The notes under the pieces are model-generated. The model did no database searches. It was given only the letters and a program-made list of their open reading frames with translations, and had not been told where the DNA came from. A DNA stretch of 64,000 bases, from the IMG/VR virus record IMGVR_UViG_3300026292_000003, positions 157,644-221,643 of that record; one strand, written 5' to 3'. Each line of letters begins with the position of its first letter. The stretch's first letter is position 1. Shown here piece after piece: positions 39,006-48,775 of this stretch. The position numbers and the translations under genes are program-made.

Positions 39006-39886
39006 AAATTAATCAAATCATAAATGAAGCAGTAGATTCAAAAGCTGAAATATATGTTGATATGGATGGCGTATTAGCAGACTTTTTTGGCGTATGGACT
39101 AAAATGGTTGGCGTTAAGAATTGGAAAGAAGTTAAAGACGTTGACTCTGCATTAGATATGATTAGAAGTCAAAAAGATTTTTGGATTAATTTACCACTTA
39201 CACCCAATGCCTCAAAGTTATTAAATTCAATTAAAAAAGTAAAAGGAAACTATACTATATTAAGTTCTCCTTTACCAGATGATCCAAATTCAGAACCACA
39301 AAAACGTGAATGGGTTAAAAAGATGCTTTCAGGTTTTGCACCTAAAAGAGTTATTATAACGCATAATAAAAGTGCGTATGCAAAACAACCTGATGGAACT
39401 CCTAATGTATTAATTGACGACTATGGAGATAATATTCAAAAATGGGAAAACGCAGGTGGAATAGGAATACAACACTCAGATAAAAATGCAGATGCAACAG
39501 TTTCAAAATTAGAAGAAGCTGATTTTGTTCATGCAATAAGCAGATTTATGAATAGAAATATACGTCCTGGTTTCTATAAAAGAGCCGCAAAAAAGTTTCA
39601 TGAATGGTTAAAAGGTCAAGCACCTTACAGACATAGCCTAGGATATTATGCTATGGAATGGGGTCATCAGTATAAACATATAGATTGGAGAAATCTAAAA
39701 CAAGCATATGAAGTTATGTTTGGAGATGATGTATTAGTAGAAGGCAAAGAACCTAAACTTGTAAAAGATAAAAAACAAAAGAATTTAAGCAGTATGGATA
39801 AACCTACAAAGTATGAAAGACGTAAAAATTATACTAAAGCTGATGAAGGTGAAGAGCCAAAACAAAAAAAAGAAAAGAAAAAATGA
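39002..39886 (+). CDS. HAD 5'(3')-deoxyribonucleotidase-like protein with leader and basic tail
   Basis: MKINQIINE; YVDMDGVLADF, ILSS, LIDD, WENAGGIGI. Confidence 0.85.
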   Translation: MKINQIINEAVDSKAEIYVDMDGVLADFFGVWTKMVGVKNWKEVKDVDSALDMIRSQKDFWINLPLTPNASKLLNSIKKVKGNYTILSSPLPDDPNSEPQKREWVKKMLSGFAPKRVIITHNKSAYAKQPDGTPNVLIDDYGDNIQKWENAGGIGIQHSDKNADATVSKLEEADFVHAISRFMNRNIRPGFYKRAAKKFHEWLKGQAPYRHSLGYYAMEWGHQYKHIDWRNLKQAYEVMFGDDVLVEGKEPKLVKDKKQKNLSSMDKPTKYERRKNYTKADEGEEPKQKKEKKK

Positions 39887-40077
39887 AAATAAAAGATGTA
39901 TTACAACTTCCAGCAATCAATATTGGTGATGAAGTCTATGTAGGTAGATTTAAAAATCGTAAAGCTACAGTAACAGGCTTTGGAGTTGATAATCATAATC
40001 AGCCTATATTAAAAACAAACAAGGGCGAACACAAGTTATTCAAGCCTAGAATAGCAAAATTAATGAAAGAAGAGTAG
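39883..40077 (+). CDS. Small SH3/KOW-like protein
   Basis: MKIKDV; INIGDEVYVGRFKN. Confidence 0.6.
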   Translation: MKIKDVLQLPAINIGDEVYVGRFKNRKATVTGFGVDNHNQPILKTNKGEHKLFKPRIAKLMKEE

Positions 40078-40088
40078 AGTTCAACTCT

Positions 40089-40469
40089 ATGAGAGTATCC
40101 TTAAAAAGACTACAACCCAATGATGCATTTCATTTAAGACGCATACTTGACAAAGATACTGCTCTTAAATGTTATTTAACATGGCCGTTTACAAAAGAGG
40201 TTGCAAAAACTTTCATTTCAGACTATAATACATATGGAATATGGATTAATAATGGAATATTAGTAGGAGCCATAGAAGTTAAAGAGTCATTGGAAACAGC
40301 ATATTTTGTTTCACCTACATATAGAAACAAAGGTATAGCTACAAAGGCTGTAACAGAGTGTAAAGATTTATTTGGAAAAAAACAACTATGGTGTGTTATT
40401 AATCCAAAAAATAAGGCAAGTTTGAAGGTAGCTGAAAAATCAAAATTACGAGTAAATTTTGTCAGCTAA
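40089..40469 (+). CDS. GNAT (RimJ/RimL-like) acetyltransferase
   Basis: YRNKGIATKA, NKASLKVAEK. Confidence 0.8.
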   Translation: MRVSLKRLQPNDAFHLRRILDKDTALKCYLTWPFTKEVAKTFISDYNTYGIWINNGILVGAIEVKESLETAYFVSPTYRNKGIATKAVTECKDLFGKKQLWCVINPKNKASLKVAEKSKLRVNFVS

Positions 40470-40478
40470 ATATCTTAT

Positions 40479-40715
40479 ATGTCTAATAAGAAGTTTAATA
40501 AAGACCTTATTAAAGATAACCATGGTCCAATGAATAGTGTCTCGAAAGACGACGCACTAGTCTGGGCAGGTGCTCCGCCAGTAAAGAATTTAAGTAACTT
40601 GGAGCCAAGAATTAGAAGAGAAGTATTAGCTAAAAAAAAGAAAGCTGAAACTAGTTCTAAAAAAGCTGATAGAAATATTAGCAAACAAATTAAAAGAAAG
40701 TATGAAGAGGAATAG
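40479..40715 (+). CDS. Basic hypothetical protein
   Basis: 78 aa; GCTAAATA upstream. Confidence 0.6.
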   Translation: MSNKKFNKDLIKDNHGPMNSVSKDDALVWAGAPPVKNLSNLEPRIRREVLAKKKKAETSSKKADRNISKQIKRKYEEE

Positions 40716-40717
40716 AT

Positions 40718-41479
40718 ATGGATTATAGTAAAGTTGATAAAGACGGAAAAGAGCTTAACACAGTTCCAAAAGCTAATCAAGCAAAACAAGCTGGTTACTA
40801 TGATAGATGGATTGAAAGTGGAAAGACTTGGGGAGAACCTACACCTGAAGATATCAAATGTGAATTACAACTAGATGCCTTATGTGACTTTGAACCACTT
40901 AAATGGGAAATTGATTTAGGTTGGTTTAAAAAAGAAATTAAAGCATATGATGGCAAATGGGTACCATATCTTCGTAGAGAAGGTGTTGTAAATAATAGAG
41001 AAGGATTATGTTTAGTAGGATTACCAGGTGATGAACCTTGGGATAGTTTAAGTATGCCAGAAGCAAGAAGACGTACTGGTAGAAAGTTAAGTGAATTAGA
41101 TTTTAACGAACCAACACAACTATACAAAGACTTAAAAAGTTTACATCCATTATTAGATTATTGGAAGCCTTTGGGACGTACGATGATAGTAAATTCTGGT
41201 GCAGGTGGCTGGTTTCCACCACATAAAGATCAACCTTTATTAACCAGAGATACGTTTAGAGTATGTGCATTTATATCAAACAACGTAACGCATGATGCGT
41301 ATGAATGGCATATGGACGGTCGTGTATGGCCTATTAAAGCAGGTGGAGTATATTATATTAATACTAAAAAGACGCACAGAACTCATGCCTGGAAAGATAA
41401 TAGTTTACATTTAGTAATGAATATACCTAAAACTTGGGAAAATGTACTCAAGCTAATGAGTGCAACCCTCAATTACTAG
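40718..41479 (+). CDS. 2OG-Fe(II) oxygenase (Asp/Asn beta-hydroxylase-like)
   Basis: GGWFPPHKD...YYINTKKTH; HxD...H triad. Confidence 0.75.
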   Translation: MDYSKVDKDGKELNTVPKANQAKQAGYYDRWIESGKTWGEPTPEDIKCELQLDALCDFEPLKWEIDLGWFKKEIKAYDGKWVPYLRREGVVNNREGLCLVGLPGDEPWDSLSMPEARRRTGRKLSELDFNEPTQLYKDLKSLHPLLDYWKPLGRTMIVNSGAGGWFPPHKDQPLLTRDTFRVCAFISNNVTHDAYEWHMDGRVWPIKAGGVYYINTKKTHRTHAWKDNSLHLVMNIPKTWENVLKLMSATLNY

Positions 41480-41510
41480 TGTATATTAAACAAATTAGAT
41501 AAATACTTGT

Positions 41511-42005
41511 ATGAAAGTATTTGATATCATAAACGAAGATGCTGACGGTGGAAGTTCAATGGCAGGTAACTTTGCTAGTGTTAGTTTTCCTTTGTTTGGC
41601 AAAAAGAAGCAGATTAGACGTGCAGTTGATCCTAAAGGATATTTAGGTGATGGCAAACTCAAGCTACCCAAAGTAGGTTATAACAAACCTGTTAAAGTAG
41701 ATAACGTAGCTGAGTCTGTAAACGAGAAGGTATACAAAAAGAACCCAGATGATCCTATGGATCCAGAAGTTCATGTGCCGGGTATGGCAGTATACAGTCT
41801 TAAAGGTCTTGAAAGAGATGTAAAAGGTATGTTTGAAGATTTAGCAAAACAAGCAGGTGATGGTAATTGGGAAAACATAGATTATTACTTACATCAGCAC
41901 GGAGTTTTATCAGCTAAAGTAAAAGCGATAGCAAGTACATATGAAGATTTAGAAAATACGAGAAAACGTGGAGGCAGAGCTTCTCAAGGTATTATAAAAA
42001 GGTAA
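41511..42005 (+). CDS. Putative internal head protein
   Basis: MKVFDIINE leader; internal AESVNE. Confidence 0.65.
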   Translation: MKVFDIINEDADGGSSMAGNFASVSFPLFGKKKQIRRAVDPKGYLGDGKLKLPKVGYNKPVKVDNVAESVNEKVYKKNPDDPMDPEVHVPGMAVYSLKGLERDVKGMFEDLAKQAGDGNWENIDYYLHQHGVLSAKVKAIASTYEDLENTRKRGGRASQGIIKR

Positions 42006-42010
42006 CGACA

Positions 42011-42802
42011 ATGACACCAAATGAACAAAAAATTGACAACACTTTTAATAGAGTGATGGACGATATAAACAGATTACAAAAAGCATTCCAACCAGGAAAA
42101 AATTTAGAAAAAGCTATCGCAGAAGTCGGTGGTGATATAGGTTGGTTAACAGAAATTAATAAATCTTTTGATGACTTATATGAATCATTAGAAGAAGGAC
42201 ATATGGGAGCAATAGCTCATTTACAAATGGAAGAATCAGCAAAAAAAGAAGTTAAAGAAAGTGTATTAGACTCTGCAGATGATGATGGGTTTATGGCACG
42301 TTCACAACTATACTTCCTAGCACGTGATGCAATTAATTTGCACGGCATGATTGATGATAGATCAGATTTAGAACCATGGGTTCAAAGTAAAATATCTCAA
42401 GCTTCAAAAGACATTGATGCAGTACGTCGTTATACTGAGTACAATGCAATGGAGCAAGAACAAGAACCAGAAGTACCAGCAGTAATACCAGGAGAAGAAC
42501 CACAAGAAGAAATGCCAACAATAGACGTACAAATGCCAGCAGGAGAATCAGTAGTAGAAGAAAAAGATCCTGAAACAGATTTCACAAGATGGTTAAAAGA
42601 CAAATACAATAAATCAGTGAGAGATCTAAAAGGTGATGAGTATACTAAAATGTCTAAAGAGTTTCAAGCATCTAAGAAAAAAGATGAAAGCATTAATGAA
42701 GAAATGAAATTTGATGACAAAAGAGATGCAGACCTAAAAGTCTTTGCAAAAGATTTGTATAAGAAGGCTGTTAAAAAAGCTAGAAGCAAAGCAAACAAAT
42801 AG
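42011..42802 (+). CDS. Putative internal head/core polyprotein
   Basis: MARSQL...LEPWVQSKIS module; multiple ESxxE linkers. Confidence 0.6.
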   Translation: MTPNEQKIDNTFNRVMDDINRLQKAFQPGKNLEKAIAEVGGDIGWLTEINKSFDDLYESLEEGHMGAIAHLQMEESAKKEVKESVLDSADDDGFMARSQLYFLARDAINLHGMIDDRSDLEPWVQSKISQASKDIDAVRRYTEYNAMEQEQEPEVPAVIPGEEPQEEMPTIDVQMPAGESVVEEKDPETDFTRWLKDKYNKSVRDLKGDEYTKMSKEFQASKKKDESINEEMKFDDKRDADLKVFAKDLYKKAVKKARSKANK

Positions 42803-42811
42803 GAGCATATC

Positions 42812-45637
42812 ATGAGAATACTAGACTTAGGCGAAGCTGGTTACGAAGGACAATCAGAAGCACAAAAACATTATTTTTATATTGAAGGCGATTACGATCA
42901 AGATCGTGGAATAAGTGAAAAAGATTGTGAAGAGATTACAAAACAACTTGTTGATATGGGATTAAAAGCTCATTGTCAACCAGATGAGTCTAGACAAGGT
43001 GTTGTAGAAATTAACACTTACAGTGGTCATACAACTATAGCAGATGCACTAGCTAAAGCTGGATACGAAGCTGATGCAGTTGGCGACTATGCAGGTTTTA
43101 CTTTTCATGAAGGTGAAGCAAATATTATAGCAGAAAATCCAAAAAAATTTACAAAAGCAGACTTTGACGCAAACGAAGACAAAAACTATCACACAGAAAA
43201 CGGTGTTGAATTAGCTAAAGCATTTGGTACTCCAGAAGAGATTGAGCAAATGGAACAAATTGCAAAAAATCATTATACTCGTGGACATATACTATCACAT
43301 GAAATAGATGCTCGTAGTGAAATTGTTGGAAAATATCTTCCATCATTAGAATCACAAGAAGAAGCAATGAGTAAAATGACTGAAGGCGATTTACAACCAG
43401 GTGATATAGAATTACTAAAACCAATGGTTGATATGAAACCAGAAGTATTAAAAGTTTATGCAAGAAATATTATAAAGAAATATCCACACCTTAAAGATAA
43501 CGTTATGAGAATGTTACCTGAATCACAAGAAGAAGATTTTATTGTTACATACAACGGAACACAAAAAGCAAATGATGCAGATTCTGCATTAGATATTTTA
43601 CAAGATAATGGATATGATGTAGAACGTGACTTTGATGGTACGTTTAAAGTATCTTATGAAGGTGTACAAAAAGCAGATAATATATATGACGTATTAGATT
43701 TATTACGTGATGAAGGTTATGAAGTACAAATTGCTGAACGTAAACTTTCTAAAGGTGAAGAAGATAAAAAAGAAGATATTGTAAAAGGCATGAAAAAAGA
43801 TAAAGACGGATTCAAAGAAAGATATGGCAAAGATGCAGAAGCAGTAATGTATGCGACAGCAACTAAATTAGCCAAAGAAGAAAATATAGTTGAAGACGAT
43901 GAACAAGCACTTGCACGTCAATTAATGCGTAAAGATGGAATTGATCCAGATAAAGTAAGTGACGGTGGAGTATTTTCCAAGTATCGTGAAAAGGCAAAGA
44001 AACAACTATCAGAAGATTTTATGGACGACAGAAAATATCAGAGCTTAGAAGAATTAAGAGACAAGTTAGTAGATATTGAAAAACATATTAAACGTTTAGG
44101 CGTTATGGACGGTGCCACAGAGTGGGAAGGTAAACACCTAACAGGTACAGCCGATATACACGACCAACTTACTACTATGTATAAAGATATTGCAGGACTA
44201 CAAGGTGCAGTAGGTAGAGCATTAAAAATAGTACCTGCAGAACAAAATCCATCTACAAAAGAATTTAAAAAGAAATATGGAATGGGCGAAGCAGACTCAA
44301 TGGGAATGAACAAGTATGGACTTGCGGCGGCAAAGAAAAATGGCAAGTTTATCTCATATAGAAATGGTAAAAAAACAGGTGAGTTTGATTCTATGGAAGA
44401 ACTTTCAAAACACCAACTTGATTTAATTAAAGATGAATCAGTAGAAGTAAAAGAAGGTGTAAATGATGTAGATAAAATTCATCAACTTACAGATGAGCTT
44501 TATAGAGAATTAGTTGATTTCCAAAACGAAGAGTTTGATGAAAACATTGAAGAGCTTATTGGACACCTAGCAGAATTCAAAGCTAAACTTGAAGGTGATA
44601 CAGGATCATTTTCAGAAGATACTATTAAAGAAGCATATATCAATAATACAAAAGATGCTATTGACATTTTAGGACGGCTACGAGGCAAAGGTAAGCAGTT
44701 AGAAAGAGGCCAACAAGAATACAAAGGTAACCTACCAAATGAGTACGTTAATGATGTATGGGACGTATGGACTTGGATGGAAAGTAAACTTGGTGGTGGA
44801 GCAGAAGCAAATGATCCAAAACTTAAAGCAATTATGCAAGAAGTATTTTGGCTCAGAGGCGAAGCTAAAAAAATGGAAAGAAATTACAGTCCAGATCTAG
44901 AGCGTTCAGAAGATCATATGGGAGCGGCAGGTTTTGGAAATATGGTAGTGAATACTTTATATCCATTAATGCAATGGCTAGATATGAATGATAGTAAGTT
45001 AAACGAATTTGATATTAAAAAATCATTTAATAATATTGCTAACAACGTTAAAAACACTATGTCAAATGTTGTTAAAGGAAATCCATTAAGAACTAAAATG
45101 AATAAAAATGCAAATAAAAATGGACCAAGTTTAGCAAGACAGATTAATTGGGGTGGAAAGTATGAGTCAAAAGATGATATAAACGAACTTGATACATTTG
45201 CACCAAAAACAGATTACATAAAAGGTCCAGGTGGCGAGTTTTATAAAATTGAATATCGTAACAATAGTGGACTAACAGGTAAACGTAAAGATGATACGGC
45301 TAGATTCGTTTCAGTGAATCCTGCAAGTGATCAAGAAGTATCTGCATTAAATTTAGATGATATGATTGCTAAAGGTAATACAAGTATTCATCAAGGACAC
45401 GATCATCAAGGTGGATTACCTTGGAGTGATAAAGACATTGCTGTTTATGCATATGGCGGCGATGATTATGAAGAAGGAATTCCTAACAATGCAAAAATGA
45501 AATTAATTAAAGTAATGACTACAGAAGCTGAAAAGAAAAGGAAAGCAGAGCTAGGCACGAAAATACGTTCGTGGAGAGAAACAAAAGCTGACATGAAGAA
45601 GAAAATTGAAGCTTCTAAACCAGGAGATAAAAAATGA
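42812..45637 (+). CDS. Large acidic modular putative internal polyprotein
   Basis: MRILDLGE leader; modules separated by xxE linkers; RYG...VMYATATK module. Confidence 0.65.
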   Translation: MRILDLGEAGYEGQSEAQKHYFYIEGDYDQDRGISEKDCEEITKQLVDMGLKAHCQPDESRQGVVEINTYSGHTTIADALAKAGYEADAVGDYAGFTFHEGEANIIAENPKKFTKADFDANEDKNYHTENGVELAKAFGTPEEIEQMEQIAKNHYTRGHILSHEIDARSEIVGKYLPSLESQEEAMSKMTEGDLQPGDIELLKPMVDMKPEVLKVYARNIIKKYPHLKDNVMRMLPESQEEDFIVTYNGTQKANDADSALDILQDNGYDVERDFDGTFKVSYEGVQKADNIYDVLDLLRDEGYEVQIAERKLSKGEEDKKEDIVKGMKKDKDGFKERYGKDAEAVMYATATKLAKEENIVEDDEQALARQLMRKDGIDPDKVSDGGVFSKYREKAKKQLSEDFMDDRKYQSLEELRDKLVDIEKHIKRLGVMDGATEWEGKHLTGTADIHDQLTTMYKDIAGLQGAVGRALKIVPAEQNPSTKEFKKKYGMGEADSMGMNKYGLAAAKKNGKFISYRNGKKTGEFDSMEELSKHQLDLIKDESVEVKEGVNDVDKIHQLTDELYRELVDFQNEEFDENIEELIGHLAEFKAKLEGDTGSFSEDTIKEAYINNTKDAIDILGRLRGKGKQLERGQQEYKGNLPNEYVNDVWDVWTWMESKLGGGAEANDPKLKAIMQEVFWLRGEAKKMERNYSPDLERSEDHMGAAGFGNMVVNTLYPLMQWLDMNDSKLNEFDIKKSFNNIANNVKNTMSNVVKGNPLRTKMNKNANKNGPSLARQINWGGKYESKDDINELDTFAPKTDYIKGPGGEFYKIEYRNNSGLTGKRKDDTARFVSVNPASDQEVSALNLDDMIAKGNTSIHQGHDHQGGLPWSDKDIAVYAYGGDDYEEGIPNNAKMKLIKVMTTEAEKKRKAELGTKIRSWRETKADMKKKIEASKPGDKK

Positions 45638-45885
45638 TATTTAATTGGATTAAAAACATATTAGGTGTTGGTGAAAAGCCTTTGGTTTTAACTGACGAAG
45701 TAGAGCCAAAGAAAAATGAGATTAAACCTATTATCGTAAAACCTTCATTTAAAACTAAAAAAGATTTGTCAAGTATGACAAAAGGTAGACTTGAAGAAGT
45801 TGGTAGAATCTATGGTATAGAATTAGATAAAAGATTAACTAAAGCTAAACTAGTAGATCAACTTTGGAAACAGTTAAAGAAATAA
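45634..45885 (+). CDS. Small protein with Rho-N/HeH-like C-terminal motif
   Basis: LSSMTKGRLEEVGRIYGIELDKRLTKAKLVDQL. Confidence 0.6.
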   Translation: MIFNWIKNILGVGEKPLVLTDEVEPKKNEIKPIIVKPSFKTKKDLSSMTKGRLEEVGRIYGIELDKRLTKAKLVDQLWKQLKK

Positions 45886-46077
45886 ATGATGGCTGAATTC
45901 GTTAGAAAGCCAGCAGAGCATACTAACGGACATTGCCAAAATTGTGGACATCCTAGCCATTGTGGTGGAAGTCTACAACAAGAAGTAAGAGATTATGCTT
46001 GTGATAGTAAAGATAATAATAACACACGTATGATTGAAGTCTGTAAATGTTGCAGATGTAAAAACTGTACTAAATAG
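45886..46077 (+). CDS. Cys/His-rich Zn-binding small protein
   Basis: CQNCGHPSHC...CKCCRCKNC. Confidence 0.65.
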   Translation: MMAEFVRKPAEHTNGHCQNCGHPSHCGGSLQQEVRDYACDSKDNNNTRMIEVCKCCRCKNCTK

Positions 46078-46093
46078 TACAAAGGACTAAATT

Positions 46094-46237
46094 ATGAAGT
46101 TACATAAAGGTTTTGTAGAACACGAAACTACGCCGAAGAAGACAAGCATTGGGAACAATAAATCCAGACATAAAACTTCTTCTATGAATAAGCATAAGAG
46201 GCGTTCATACAAGCCGTATAGAGGACAAGGAAAATGA
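46094..46237 (+). CDS. Basic 47-aa phage peptide ending YRGQGK
   Basis: AAGGA SD; ATGA overlap with next gene; missed by track. Confidence 0.7.
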   Translation: MKLHKGFVEHETTPKKTSIGNNKSRHKTSSMNKHKRRSYKPYRGQGK

Positions 46238-47436
46238 GACTAGATCAACTATTTAAAGAAAATGATACTACAGTAAAAACTATGTCTATGCCTGAGAAGG
46301 TAGCAGTATTTGATAGATTACAACCAGGTCAAGAAATTGGCTTATGGTTTGATTCAGTTATTAGAAGAGCTGACAAGTATAAACCCTTTGTAGTTGGTAG
46401 AAAAACAAGATCAAAATTACGTCCTTTAGAAAAAATTACACTATTACAAAAAAGCAAAGATGGTGGAACAGGTGGTATGAAATACTACCTATATAAGAGA
46501 AATGGTGACAATGTTAGTTTAGCAATGGGCGATATGGCCGCAAGTCTAGTAGACATTAAAGAAGCTAAAGCATATGACATAAACGAAGCTGATACAACTA
46601 TAATGGAAAGAATAGTACTAGATATAGACTATAGTAGAAATCCAGAAGCATTACTTAAAGCAGTTAATACAATGGGTAAAAGATTAGACCTTACATTAAT
46701 GAATGCACCACAAGCAATTAAAGATTTAAAAGAAAAAGGCTTTGCTAGAATAGAAGGTAAAGATGCAGACATTATGTCATTTGTAAATTATCTATATTCA
46801 AAAGGTATTGAGCCAAACTACGATATTCAAAATATGGATAAAGTACAAACACCAGGTTTAAATGCTAATCCAAATATGCCTGCATTTATAGGCAAGAAAG
46901 AAGTACCAGTTGAAGAAGGTATTCCATTATCCACAATGTACGGACTTGTTATTGATGGCAAGTATGTTGCTAAAGGCTCAAAAGAAAAAATGAGAAAAAT
47001 GCAAAAAGAAAAAGGTGGTACAGTTTATAATGCTCCTGGCAAAAAAGTAGGAGACAGTGAAGGTAAAGTTAAAGAAGGACATTCTAATACTAGACAGCAA
47101 TCTCAAACTATGTTAAAACTAGAAGAGTTAAGAGATATGATTATGGTACTAGATATGAATGATGATTCAAAAACATCAGCACTTACAGCATTAGATCAAG
47201 TAGCTGATGATATAACAGTTCTTGAATCAAAAGATGGAGCTAATAGTTCTACATATGGTGGACCCAGAGCGGCACAGATATATTTAAAAACTATAGACGA
47301 CTATGCTATGATGCTTAAAGGCAAAGATGGCGATGTAGAAGAAATAGGATATAGAATTCAAAATGCGGCAGATGATTTAAGAAAACATCTAAAACTTGAT
47401 CCTACTAATTTAAGAACAGCATTTAACGAAAAGTAA
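46234..47436 (+). CDS. Putative internal head polyprotein
   Basis: MRLDQLFKE leader; DIKE/DINE/VEE/VKE linkers. Confidence 0.65.
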   Translation: MRLDQLFKENDTTVKTMSMPEKVAVFDRLQPGQEIGLWFDSVIRRADKYKPFVVGRKTRSKLRPLEKITLLQKSKDGGTGGMKYYLYKRNGDNVSLAMGDMAASLVDIKEAKAYDINEADTTIMERIVLDIDYSRNPEALLKAVNTMGKRLDLTLMNAPQAIKDLKEKGFARIEGKDADIMSFVNYLYSKGIEPNYDIQNMDKVQTPGLNANPNMPAFIGKKEVPVEEGIPLSTMYGLVIDGKYVAKGSKEKMRKMQKEKGGTVYNAPGKKVGDSEGKVKEGHSNTRQQSQTMLKLEELRDMIMVLDMNDDSKTSALTALDQVADDITVLESKDGANSSTYGGPRAAQIYLKTIDDYAMMLKGKDGDVEEIGYRIQNAADDLRKHLKLDPTNLRTAFNEK

Positions 47437-47448
47437 TAGGAGAGAATA

Positions 47449-48528
47449 ATGAGATTACATGATTTATTTTTATTAAAAGAATACGATGATTTAGAACAAG
47501 AAAAACAAGGTATTATCTCTGCTATATCTGGACTTCGTGCTGACAACGAAGAAGATGCTAAACTATTAGATAGAATTTATAAAGTATTAAACACAGGCCA
47601 AATTGGTCAAAATATTTCAAATGCTTTCACAGTACCATTAGAAGGTGAACCATTAAGTGATAAAGAAAAAGCTCTAGTAGTACAAGACATGACTACTATT
47701 ATTTCTCAATCAGATAATGATTTTAAATCACTTTCAGGTATGACAGAAATGTTAGAAAAAGGTGGCGTTGTTGATGTTGGAGCATTAGATTCTCCACTAA
47801 CTACATTCAGCAATGTATTTCAACACCCAGCGGCAGTTAAAGTATTTCATGCATTAAAGAATTATGGAACTGGTAAAAAACAAAAAGGCCCAGGCGAATA
47901 TGCTTTGGCTTGTTTAACTAATAAAATTAGATTAGCGGCAGGTGAAGGTGACATTGAAGTTGATGGCATTGGAAAAGTAGAATTAAAATCAGCAGTATCT
48001 AGCACAGGTGGACGTATAGGTTACGGTGGTGGATCACAAAAAGCTAAAAGAGCAGTACTAGACAAATACGCAGAAAGAATTCCAACAGTTATGGGTGCTA
48101 TTGGTGGTAAAGGTGGTTCGTTGGGATTAAGTAAATTTGTTCCAGCATTAGCACAAGACTTACCACTTAATGATGCAGACAGTAAGAAATTAAGAGAACA
48201 GATTGCAAGTGAACTATTAACAATGGATATGGAAAACTTTGCACAACCAATTATAAAAGCATTTGGTAGTACAGACAATGTAGAACAAATTGAAGACGAA
48301 TATTTAAAAGCAAACTTTGCATGGTACAAAGATAGAGATGATTTTGATGCCCTATTACTATGTAGTTTCCCGAATGAAAAATTTGCTATGATTAAAAATG
48401 ATAGTGATTTAATAGCCTTTAGAAGAGGCGGACAAGCTAACTCAACAAGTATAAGTATTATTCCTACACAAGCTGGTGCAGGAAGAGAACAATGGGCTCA
48501 GCTAACTCTAAATAAGGCTAAGGTATAA
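47449..48528 (+). CDS. PD-(D/E)xK nuclease-like protein with targeting leader
   Basis: MRLHDLFLLKE; KGPGE...GDIEVDG...VELK. Confidence 0.6.
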   Translation: MRLHDLFLLKEYDDLEQEKQGIISAISGLRADNEEDAKLLDRIYKVLNTGQIGQNISNAFTVPLEGEPLSDKEKALVVQDMTTIISQSDNDFKSLSGMTEMLEKGGVVDVGALDSPLTTFSNVFQHPAAVKVFHALKNYGTGKKQKGPGEYALACLTNKIRLAAGEGDIEVDGIGKVELKSAVSSTGGRIGYGGGSQKAKRAVLDKYAERIPTVMGAIGGKGGSLGLSKFVPALAQDLPLNDADSKKLREQIASELLTMDMENFAQPIIKAFGSTDNVEQIEDEYLKANFAWYKDRDDFDALLLCSFPNEKFAMIKNDSDLIAFRRGGQANSTSISIIPTQAGAGREQWAQLTLNKAKV

Positions 48529-48531
48529 TAT

Positions 48532-48771
48532 ATGATGTTTTGGTACTATTGGGCATTAAAAGCAATAGCAGGCGGAATTATAGGAAGTGCATTTGCTAAT
48601 TGGTTCCAAGGAACTAAAGTAGGTATATGGTTTTTTAAAAAAGTAGAAAACTTAATGCATTGGGCGGCTGAACGTTATAATCTAGAAATACTAAAAACTG
48701 AAAGTAGATTTGCAAAAAAATATCCCACAATAATGGAAAGATTAGAGAAATTAGAAAAAAAGAGAAAGTAG
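48532..48771 (+). CDS. Small membrane-associated protein
   Basis: Hydrophobic N-terminus; coiled C-terminus. Confidence 0.65.
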   Translation: MMFWYYWALKAIAGGIIGSAFANWFQGTKVGIWFFKKVENLMHWAAERYNLEILKTESRFAKKYPTIMERLEKLEKKRK

Positions 48772-48775
48772 TACT

